Assembly (NCBI GenBank): GCA_048213135.1
Contig: PS015027.1
Location: 88,103 to 108,102, forward strand
Direction: 5' to 3'
Origin: Reclinomonas americana ATCC 50394
Taxonomy: Eukaryota
Length of the DNA stretch: 20,000 nucleotides
In this document: positions 1-13,591 of the stretch, piece after piece
Layout of the letters: every line of letters begins with the position of its first letter
How positions within the stretch are numbered: the stretch's first letter is position 1
Notes under the pieces: model-generated
Seen by the model: only the letters and a program-made list of their open reading frames with translations
Databases searched by the model: none
Told to the model about the DNA's origin: nothing
Translations under genes and position numbers: made by a program

Positions 1-435
1 TGCCTGGATTGATGGCGGCATCGATCTGAATGGCCAGCAGCGTGGCGGCACCTGCAGTTCATGTGAGCAACAACCGCGACAGCGCAGCGGTCGACTGCCA
101 CACACCATGAGCGTAGAGGACTGGTTCCACACGGGAGACCACGCCCTGCGTCACGGACAGCGAGTCGCCACCAGTGGGGTAGCCAAGAACAACCACTTGA
201 TCTTGCAATAGCTGCCGCCATAATCAAGTCAGCAAAGACCCGAACAGCCTCATGCAAACAGCGACTCACAACTCTTCGACGGCTCACTACAGACACACGT
301 ACTTTCCAAGCGTTCACTCGGATTCTACTCGCTGATCAACTCACGGATTNNNNNNNNNNNNNNNNNNNNNNNNNNNNNNNNNNNNNNNNNNNNNNNNNNN
401 CTCACTACGTCGTCGTCTTCTTCTTCTTCTTCTTC

Positions 436-484
<49 letters not shown>

Positions 485-3101
485 CCTTCCCTTTCCCGCA
501 CAAAGTCCCCTTCCGTCTCGCTTTTTCTCCGGCCTCCTGCTTCAACTCATCCTTGCTTCTCTCGCTGCTTTACTCCCCCCTATCACTCCGTCTTTTCCTT
601 CTGCCTTCACTGTCATGTCTCTGGTTGTCACTCGCACCCCTTCCCACTACTTATCCTTCCCTCCACCTTTTCCTCATCTTTTTTCGTGTTCTTCTCGCTA
701 CACACCTTCTGCTGTTCTCTCCGTCTGACTGCATCCTTCTCTGTTTTGTCTCTGGCTGTCTCTCTCACTCTGGATCCTCAATCTCTCGTTCACTCTCATC
801 GTCTTCTTGCTTTCCTCATCTTTCTCTCTTGTCCTCCTCTCTGCCTTCTGCTGTTCTCTCCGTCTGACTCCGTCCTTCTCTGTCATGTCTCTGGCTGTCT
901 CTCTCTCGTTCACTCTCATCGTCTTCTTGCTTTCCTCATCTTTCTCTCTTGTCCTTCTCTCTGTCTTCTGCTGTTCTCTCTGTCTGACTCCCTCCTCCTC
1001 GATCCGCCTGTTCTCTCTGCTTTCTTCCATGTCTTCTCGCTGTCATTCTCCCTCCTTCCCCTTCTCCCTTCTCCCTCCCCCCGCCTCCTCCTCACCGGCA
1101 ACTCCCCAAACTCAAACGACTGCAACCCGACCCAAAACTNNNNNNNNNNNNNNNNNNNNNNNNNNNNNNNNNNNNNNNNNNNNNNNNNNNNNNNNNNNNN
1201 NNNNNNNNNNNNNNNNNNNNNNNNNNNNNNNNNNNNNNNNNNNNNNNNNNNNNNNNNNNNNNNNNNNNNNNNNNNNNNNNNNNNNNNNNNNNNNNNNNNN
1301 NNNNNNNNNNNNNNNNNNNNNNNNNNNNNNNNNNNNNNNNNNNNNNNNNNNNNNNNNNNNNNNNNNNNNNNNNNNNNNNNNNNNNNNNNNNNNNNNNNNN
1401 NNNNNNNNNNNNNNNNNNNNNNNNNNNNNNNNNNNNNNNNNNNNNNNNNNNNNNNNNNNNNNNNNNNNNNNNNNNNNNNNNNNNNNNNNNNNNNNNNNNN
1501 NNNNNNNNNNNNNNNGGCAGTGAGCGAGGTCATTCAGGCAGCATCGCGATCACTGCCACGCAATCCCTTCCGCAGTGTGGTCAAGGTGTTCACAGTCGCA
1601 GCCTCTGTCAACTTTCTGCAAGTTGCGTCTTCTCTCTCTCTCTCTCTTTCTCCTTTGCCTCTTTGTCTCTCATTGACTGTGGGCGGTGGGGAGAAAAGCC
1701 GTGGCAAATGAAACAACAACGCGAGTGCACCGGCACTGCATTTGTGGTGGAAGGGCGTCGCCTGCTCACCAATGCGCATGTGGTCGCCGATTCGCGCTAT
1801 GTCAGTGTGCGGCGGTATGGTGATCCGACAAAGTACGCTGCGCAAGGTGATTAGATGAGAGCCTTTTTCTGCTTCTCTCCGTGCTTTTGTTTCATTGCTT
1901 TTTTTTTTGGTTAGTCGTGGCGGCGGCGCATGAGTGCGATCTGGCGCTGCTGGAGGTCAAGTCGGATGNNNNNNNNNNNNNNNNNNNNNNNNNNNNNNNN
2001 NNNNNNNNNNNNNNNNNNNNNNNNNNNNNNNNNNNNNNNNNNNNNNNNNNNNNNNNNNNNNNNNNNNNNNNNNNNNNNNNNNNNNNNNNNNNNNNNNNNN
2101 NNNNNNNNNNNNNNNNNNNNNNNNNNNNNNNNNNNNNNNNNNNNNNNNNNNNNNNNNNNNNNNNNNNNNNNNNNNNNNNNNNNNNNNNNNNNNNNNNNNN
2201 NNNNNNNNNNNNNNNNNNNNNNNNNNNNNNNNNNNNNNNNNNNNNNNNNNNNNNNNNNNNNNNNNNNNNNNNNNNNNNNNNNNNNNNNNNNNNNNNNNNN
2301 NNNNNNNNNNNNNNNNNNNNNNNNNNNNNNNNNNNNNNNNNNNNNNNNNNNNNNNNNNNNNNNNNNNNNNNNNNNNNNNNNNNNNNNNNNNNNNNNNNNN
2401 NNNNNNNNNNNNNNNNNNNNNNNNNNNNNNNNNNNNNNNNNNNNNNNNNNNNNNNNNNNNNNNNNNNNNNNNNNNNNNNNNNNNNNNNNNNNNNNNNNNN
2501 NNNNNNNNNNNNNNNNNNNNNNNNNNNNNNNNNNNNNNNNNNNNNNNNNNNNNNNNNNNNNNNNNNNNNNNNNNNNNNNNNNNNNNNNNNNNNNNNNNNN
2601 NNNNNNNNNNNNNNNNNNNNNNNNNNNNNNNNNNNNNNNNNNNNNNNNNNNNNNNNNNNNNNNNNNNNNNNNNNNNNNNNNNNNNNNNNNNNNNNNNNNN
2701 NNNNNNNNNNNNNNNNNNNNNNNNNNNNNNNNNNNNNNNNNNNNNNNNNNNNNNNNNNNNNNNNNNNNNNNNNNNNNNNNNNNNNNNNNNNNNNNNNNNN
2801 NNNNNNNNNNNNNNNNNNNNNNNNNNNNNNNNNNNNNNNNNNNNNNNNNNNNNNNNNNNNNNNNNNNNNNNNNNNNNNNNNNNNNNNNNNNNTCCTGCGT
2901 CTGTCAGAGAGACACAGTGAGTGAGTGAGAGCTTGACATGCATTCTCTTTCTCTCTCTCTCTCTCTTCTCTTCACCAGTGGTGCTGCTGCTGGAGGAGGA
3001 GGAGGAGGAGGCAGGGCACTTGGTGGCCGTGTGCGCGGTCGCGGGCGCCCAGTCAGTGTCGCAAAGGAGCGCAGAACGCGACCGAACACTGCGCTCAACA
3101 T
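1..3101 (-). CDS. Deg/HtrA-family trypsin-like serine protease (plant Deg2/9/10-like), probably mitochondrial; 3' end runs off the window
   Basis: Exon 3101-2976 [23 protein letters not shown] (Arg-rich, no acidic residues, presequence-like); intron 2975-2895; GA at 2894-2893 joins the inverted block 1516-1968 (TNAHVV His motif, HECDLALL Asp motif); then 1139-1096 [15 protein letters not shown]; long intron 1095-212; exon 211-106 [29 protein letters not shown]; intron 105-52; exon 51-1 [16 protein letters not shown], stopping just before the expected GNSGG catalytic Ser. Confidence 0.9.
416..480. repeat. (TCT)n plus (CT)n microsatellite
   Basis: Directly visible; lies inside the long Deg intron. 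Confidence 0.95.
705..991. repeat. Imperfect tandem repeat, unit ~120-139 bp, ~2.2 copies, pyrimidine-rich on + strand
   Basis: Unit beginning ccttctgctgttctctccgtctgact...cgttcactctcatcgtcttcttgctttcctcatctttctctcttgtcc recurs at ~705 and ~844, with a partial copy at ~964. Confidence 0.9.
1516..1968 (+). CDS. Inverted internal block of the Deg protease gene (exons 1516-1621, 1699-1846, 1915-1968)
   Basis: Splices to [87 protein letters not shown] introns 1622-1698 and 1847-1914; opposite strand to the rest of the gene and flanked by gaps. Confidence 0.9.
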
Positions 3102-3205
3102 TGTTGTGGGGTGTGTTTGTTACTGTAAATCGTCAATGATCATTTACACAAGAGTGTGTGGGAGAGGAGGGAAGAAAAGCGAAACAAGAGTAGGAAAAAG
3201 CACTT

Positions 3206-7806
<4,601 letters not shown>

Positions 7807-7907
7807 TCTCTCCACACTTCTGATCGAGCCGTTGGATCCGGGACATTCGGCATGAGTCACGCGCGCGATTGTCCTTCTTTCACACACACCCTCAAACTCG
7901 AGAACAA
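7807..7907. promoter_or_regulatory. Putative bidirectional promoter between TTLL and COX7C-like genes (~100 bp)
   Basis: Divergent predicted ATGs at 7806 (-) and 7908 (+); inferred from geometry only. Confidence 0.5.
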
Positions 7908-8462
7908 ATGCCGCGCTTGACTGGCTTCGTGAAGAACGTCGTTGCTCGTGGTGGCCACCACAACCCGGTGAGTCAGTTGCTTGCGTCTCTGTGTGTCCGT
8001 GGGCGCGCCATGTCTCGCGTGCGTTGCTCTCTCTGTGTCTGTGCGAGTGTCTGTTCATGACTGGTGTGCATGTGTGCGTGTGTGTGCATGCGTTGTTGTG
8101 AGGAGGGGAGCGCTGTGACGTGAAAGATGTGCGATGTCCATGCCACTCACTCACTCGTGCGCTCTCTCTTGTGCAGCCTCTGTACTTTGCCGACAAGGCG
8201 CCGACCAAGGCCGGTGTGCTGGCTGGTGTCGCGGCGTACGCGCTGACGGTTAGTGTGTGTGCATGCATGGATGCATTTGGGGTGTGCATCTTGCACTGAC
8301 ATTCCGTCCGCATCTTCTTCTTCTGTTACAGGGCGTGTCGCTGCCGATCCTCATTGTCTGTTGCGTTGACACCTTCTCTCACACACGCTCTCTGTGCCTC
8401 TCATGCGCGCGCTCATTGTTCCTTTGCACACAGTGCACCAACTCAACAAGAGCAAGGGCTAA
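7908..8462 (+). CDS. COX7C: Cytochrome c oxidase subunit 7C-like (yeast Cox8 family), 62 aa, 4 exons
   Basis: Exons 7908-7967, 8177-8248, 8332-8359, 8434-8462 give MPRLTGFVKNVVARGGHHNPPLYFADKAPTKAGVLAGVAAYALTGVSLPILIVLHQLNKSKG*. Short basic presequence, one hydrophobic helix and a P-x-L-x-V-x-H-Q-L-x-K C-terminus resembling recalled COX7C sequences (PFLVVRHQLLK). Confidence 0.75.
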
Positions 8463-8667
8463 GTCAATTTCAAACTGAAGCTGCTGTGGCAGTGGTGGTA
8501 TTGATGGCGTGCACACCCGTGCTCCCTTTGTGCTCGTTCGTGTACACATACACACACAGTACATTCAATTGCCACCCCGCTGCCGACGTCGATGTGACCC
8601 GGGGTTTTGCGTTTCTTTTCGGAGTGAGTGGGGAGTAGAAAAGACAAAAAGAGAGAGAGAGATATCA

Positions 8668-11076
8668 CTATCGACCGCTGTATGAGAGTCGTCGATTGGC
8701 GCCACCTNNNNNNNNNNNNNNNNNNNNNNNNNNNNNNNNNNNNNNNNNNNNNNNNNNNNNNNNNNNNNNNNNNNNNNNNNNNNNNNNNNNNNNNNNNNNN
8801 NNNNNNNNNNGGCAGCGGCAGCGGTAGCAGTGGCGTGGTGGTGGTGGCCACGGACGACGAGGAGGAAGACGACGACGATCAGCGGTATCGCAGAAAGTCG
8901 GCCGACCACGACTACGCCGATGCGGCGTATGGCGACAGTGACCGACATGCACCTGCTGCTGCGCGACTGCCACCACACCCCATGCCCGGACCGCAAAAGG
9001 GCCGCCAGCCACCACAACCGCAAGCAGTGCCTGTACGCTCCACGGGACACCTGCCACCGCAGCCGCCAGTCATGCAGCGCTCCATCACCCTGCCCACTGC
9101 GCCATCACTAGCCGCCGCCGCGGTCGGAGCCGGTGGCACGACAGCTGCCGGGCGCGCACAACGCACATCACCGATGAACCCGCTCAGCACGCCCGCCACC
9201 ATGCACGCCCAGTACCGCCTGCCACGCTCCGAAAACAGCGCCAATGCCGCCGCAGCTGCCGCCGCCAATGCCGCACGAGCGGCCGCCACCGCCTCCACNN
9301 NNNNNNNNNNNNNNNNNNNNNNNNNNNNNNNNNNNNNNNNNNNNNNNNNNNNNNNNNNNNNNNNNNNNNNNNNNNNNNNNNNNNNNNNNNNNNNNNNNNN
9401 NNNNNNNNNNNNNNNNNNNNNNNNNNNNNNNNNNNNNNNNNNNNNNNNNNNNNNNNNNNNNNNNNNNNNNNNNNNNNNNNNNNNNNNNNNNNNNNNNNNN
9501 NNNNNNNNNNNNNNNNNNNNNNNNNNNNNNNNNNNNNNNNNNNNNNNNNNNNNNNNNNNNNNNNNNNNNNNNNNNNNNNNNNNNNNNNNNNNNNNNNNNN
9601 NNNNNNNNNNNNNNNNNNNNNNNNNNNNNNNNNNNNNNNNNNNNNNNNNNNNNNNNNNNNNNNNNNNNNNNNNNNNNNNNNNNNNNNNNNNNNNNNNNNN
9701 NNNNNNNNNNNNNNNNNNNNNNNNNNNNNNNNNNNNNNNNNNNNNNNNNNNNNNNNNNNNNNNNNNNNNNNNNNNNNNNNNNNNNNNNNNNNNNNNNNNN
9801 NNNNNNNNNNNNNNNNNNNNNNNNNNNNNNNNNNNNNNNNNNNNNNNNNNNNNNNNNNNNNNNNNNNNNNNNNNNNNNNNNNNNNNNNNNNNNNNNNNNN
9901 NNNNNNNNNNNNNNNNNNNNNNNNNNNNNNNNNNNNNNNNNNNNNNNNNNNNNNNNNNNNNNNNNNNNNNNNNNNNNNNNNNNNNNNNNNNNNNNNNNNN
10001 NNNNNNNNNNNNNNNNNNNNNNNNNNNNNNNNNNNNNNNNNNNNNNNNNNNGTTGCTTCTGGAGCTGTTGGACGCTGCTGCTGCGGCGGCGGCAGTAGTC
10101 GTGGTCGTGCTGGTCGATGTCGTCGTTGATGCCGCGCTGGAGGCGGCCTTGCCACCACCAGCCGCCGACGGGCCGTCAAAGTACTTTTTGTAGACGACAA
10201 AGTTGTTGGCCTGCGGCGTGTAGTCGCGCAGTCCGTAGTGCTTGGCGAGGAAACCGAGCAGCTTGTGCGACGGTCGATCGTAGGCCAATTGCGACGGCAC
10301 CACCTTTTCCTCCTGCACTCACAACAGCGATGAGCGACGATGATAATGATGGCCGACCAGCAAGCAGACGCACCGCCAACATGAACTCAAACAGCTCCTT
10401 GCCGAATCCCTGTCGCTGGCGAGTCGGATGCACGAAAATGTCCAGCACACACAACGGCGACATCTCCTTGTAGGCACCAGTCTCCAGCTGCGCCACCCCC
10501 CGCGGTCAGCACCAGCGACGCCCCAACCCACAGAGAAAGGATCGCGTGCGCAACTCGATGGAACAGCTTCTTGTGGCCGACCTTGAGCAAGCCGACGGCG
10601 AGACCATCCTCACAGCCGAGATACAGGTGCTGGTCGGGATTGTTAATCAGGCGACTGGTGGTGGTGATCACTTGACTCAGTCCTTGTGCCTGCAAATTGC
10701 CAAGAGTGAGACAAAATGAAGGAGGTGTGTGTAGAGAGGGCGCACGCGGACCTCTTGCGAGGCCAGGCCCATGCGATCAATGATCCGACTGAGCGAGTCG
10801 AACGCATCGGATCGTCGCGCTCTCAGTTGCGCAAGTCGATCACCGTCCCATCGCGAAAGCCGCTCCGTAAGCAGACGTTTGCAGTGAGCATCCAGCTGCA
10901 CAAGAGAGAGTGACACGAGAGAGAGTCAGATCAAGAGGAGATGTCCCTTTCGCCGAATAACACGCATTCGCAGAGGCGCGATGAGAGGCACACAGAGAAT
11001 GCGACACAGGCATAGAGAGAGAGAGCACACAAAGAGCATGCGGGGAGGCAGAGGCAACGCGCGCACACACCTCCAT
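8668..11076 (-). CDS. ATAT1: Alpha-tubulin N-acetyltransferase (ATAT1/MEC-17, GNAT)
   Basis: Exons 11076-11071, 10895-10752, 10689-10555, 10487-10374, 10312-10052, [inverted 8811-9298], 8707-8668. Motifs [80 protein letters not shown]; catalytic Q, C and D equivalents present. Confidence 0.95.
8811..9298 (+). CDS. Inverted block encoding the disordered C-terminal tail of ATAT1
   Basis: Open frame GSGSGSSG...DDEEEDDDD...AAATAS continues in phase from ...RSN at 10052 and joins AC+A at 8707 to give [13 protein letters not shown]. Confidence 0.75.
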
Positions 11077-11135
11077 GGCCGTTTCGTTGCGCGTGCCGCT
11101 CGTCCTGCTCCACGTCCTGCACTCTACTTCTATAA
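11077..11135. promoter_or_regulatory. Putative very compact bidirectional promoter between ATAT1 and PEX16 (59 bp between ATGs)
   Basis: Divergent predicted ATGs at 11076 (-) and 11136 (+); inferred from geometry. Confidence 0.5.
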
Positions 11136-12245
11136 ATGTCCGTGGGCAAGGTTCTCTCCGGCTACGAGTCATTCCTCACTGGCAACCCATGGGTGGCACG
11201 CGAGATGCACCAGTCACTCAGCGCAGTCGCCTTTCTCCTGTTCGATCTCAAGTCGCCTGCGCAGTTCGAAGGCGGTCAGTGACACACACTCCGGCATTCT
11301 CATCTCCGCGCGCTCATTGCTCATCTGTTGTTGTTGTCAGTTCGCTCTGTGGAGTCACTGTTTGAGCTGTTCAACCGCTGGGTGCTGGAGAGACGATCGA
11401 CGCACCCACTGCTGCATCGCCAGTCGCCGACAGCGATCATTCTCAAGCTGATGCGCGTGGTCGAGCTGCCGCTGGATATCGCCCTGGCCACGCATCGCCC
11501 GGGCGCGCCACACACGCGCTTCCTTGTCCTGTGGGAGGCCGTCAAGTCGGCGCTGCGCCTGTGGTCGCTGTGGCGCTACCGTCGCATGCATGTCGATTTC
11601 GATGTGGTGCCTGCGGTGGAGGAGGCGGAGGGAAAGCCGCCTGCAGCGGAGGAGGAGGAAGGCGGCGGCGATGAGGAGGAAGAGGAAGAGGCGTCGGCAC
11701 TGGTGAATCGATTCCGCATTGGTGCCTCGTCGAGTCGGAGACCGCGTCGGCGGCAGGCGGCGAGGCAGGCGGCGACCGTGGCAGCAGGTGCGCCCGAGCG
11801 ACTGCAGCCGCACCAGTCGGTCATCACTGCGCGCGTGCATCTGCTGGCCGAGACGCTGCATGCCGTGCGTCCGTTTGTGTACGTGTGTGCGTTGAAGGCG
11901 TTTCCGCAGCGGCGGTGGCTGGCGTGGGCGCTGTCGCTGGCCATCGATCTGCTGTCGCTGCGGTTGCACATGGTGCCGCGAGTGGGCGAGCACGAGACGC
12001 CGCCGACGGCGTTGGAGATGGCGGAGTTGTCGTCGCGGGCCCGCTCGTTGCCGACGACGTACCTGCTGCGCGATCCGCCGTTTGAGTGGATTCTGCGCAC
12101 GCCACTGGAGCGCGTCTCGGCCTGGGTCAAGGACAAGACCGAACCCATTCCGTTGGTGCGCATGGTGGGATCGCTGGCCACGTCTATCGTAGACTACACC
12201 CTGCAGCTGCAGCGGTTCTACACGTACACGGCGAATAGCACGTGA
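11136..12245 (+). CDS. PEX16: Peroxisomal biogenesis protein PEX16
   Basis: Exons 11136-11274 and 11341-12245. Motifs YESFLTGN, EAVKSALRL, AETLHAVRPFVY, WLAWALSLAIDLLS, ELSSRARSL..YLLRDPPFE, IPLVRMVGSL, QRFYTYT match the recalled PEX16 pattern. Confidence 0.85.
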
Positions 12246-12298
12246 AGTGCGACGGAAATGAACGTCGCACATTCACAAAGTCCTGTTGTGTCTTGTCA

Positions 12299-13516
12299 AT
12301 GGAGTTTGAGCGCAGAGAGCCTGAGATCGCTGGCGGCTCGTCGTCGTCCAGCAAGGTGGTGAGCGACTCCAAGCGGCTAATCATTGTGCTGGAGAATGCG
12401 TGTCTGGAGACGGCCAAAGTTGGTGCGTGTGTTTGTGTCCATGTGCACATTCACATCACCAAGCACGCACACTCACACTCATTCGGGAGCAGGCGCCGAG
12501 TATCAGCTGCTCAACTCTGACGATCACAAGCACATTCTGATGCGTAACAACCGCGATCCAAAGTTGTACAGGCCCGACATTGTTCATCAGGTTGGTCTCA
12601 AGAGAGAGAAAGAGACAGAGAGAGAGAGAGGAGGGGGAGTGTCAGAGAGAGACTCATGGTGTTCCTCTCTCGTCTCACTGTTCCTCTCGCTCTATCGCAG
12701 TGCCTTCTGCAACTGCTGGACAGCCCGCTTAACAAGGCTGGCCTGCTGCAAGTGTTCATCCGCACCGTCAACAATGTGCTGATTGAGGTGAACCCCCGCA
12801 CACGCATTCCGCGAACCATCAAGCGCTTCAGTGGACTGATGGGTGCGTAATGAGGAGACGGCTCTTCGAAGTGTTTCATTAGTGGCTCATCTGTGGCGCA
12901 GTGCAACTGTTGCACAAGCTGAAGATCAGGGCCACCAATGGACCCGACACGCTGTTGCGCGTGATCAAGAATCCCATTACGGATCACTTGCCGACTGTCG
13001 GCTGCAAGTTTGGTGCGTGCATGTCCTCCTCTTCCTTTGTCTCTTCCTCCCTTCCTCTCTGTCTCTCTCGCTGTCTCTTGTGGCTGCTCCCATGTCTCTT
13101 TCTCCTTATCCTCCTCCGTCTTCTTCTCCCCTCCCTTCGTCTTCTTTCTCTCTCTCGCTCTCCTCCTCCTCCTCCTCCTCCTCCTCCTCCTCTTTCCTCC
13201 TCCTCCTCCTTCTCCTCCTTCTCCTCCTTCTCCTTTCCCTTCTACCCCTTCCCCATCTGTCTCCCTCCTCACCCCCTTTCCCGTCTTCGGCACAGCCGCC
13301 TCAATGGACGGACAGCTGGTGAGACTGTCGGAGTTCGTGCCGACACTGCCGAAGGACAAGCCGGTGGTGTTTGTCGTGGGAGCGTACGCGCACGGCGATC
13401 TGAAGAAGGCCGACTGGATCGAGGAAGAAATCGCCTTCTCGGAGTACCCGCTCAGTGCGGCTGGCGCGTGCGGCAAGCTGTGCGACGCGTTTGAGGATGT
13501 GTGGGACATATTGTAA
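12299..13516 (+). CDS. EMG1: 18S rRNA pseudouridine N1-methyltransferase EMG1/NEP1 (SPOUT)
   Basis: Exons 12299-12422, 12493-12590, 12701-12842, 12902-13012, 13296-13516. Motifs [95 protein letters not shown]. Confidence 0.97.
13160..13232. repeat. (CTC)n microsatellite in EMG1 intron 4
   Basis: Directly visible run of ctcctc. Confidence 0.9.
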
Positions 13517-13591
13517 TCATTCAAAATCACCCATTTGCGTCTTCGTTTTCTAACAGTGTGTGCGCGTCTCTTTTTATGTTCAACATTACTT

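Noticed and set aside
705-991. CRISPR array or transposon
   Set aside because: Contiguous tandem duplication without unique spacers, terminal repeats or transposase; eukaryotic intron context.
553-1030. Leu/Ser-rich and Glu/Arg-rich ORFs
   Set aside because: Translations of the repeat-rich Deg intron; no credible coding signal.
1-1968. Two divergent Deg paralogs
   Set aside because: The pieces are non-overlapping consecutive parts of one protease domain and join in phase; the same holds for the TTLL pieces.
2921-3139. + strand terminal exon candidate
   Set aside because: The minus-strand frame gives a presequence with a valid intron and an in-phase join to the Deg gene.
11131-11136. TATAAA box
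   Set aside because: Overlaps the PEX16 ATG, too close to act as its TATA box.
11355-12272. 305-aa antisense ORF over PEX16
   Set aside because: Shadow ORF expected in GC-rich coding DNA; no recognisable motif.
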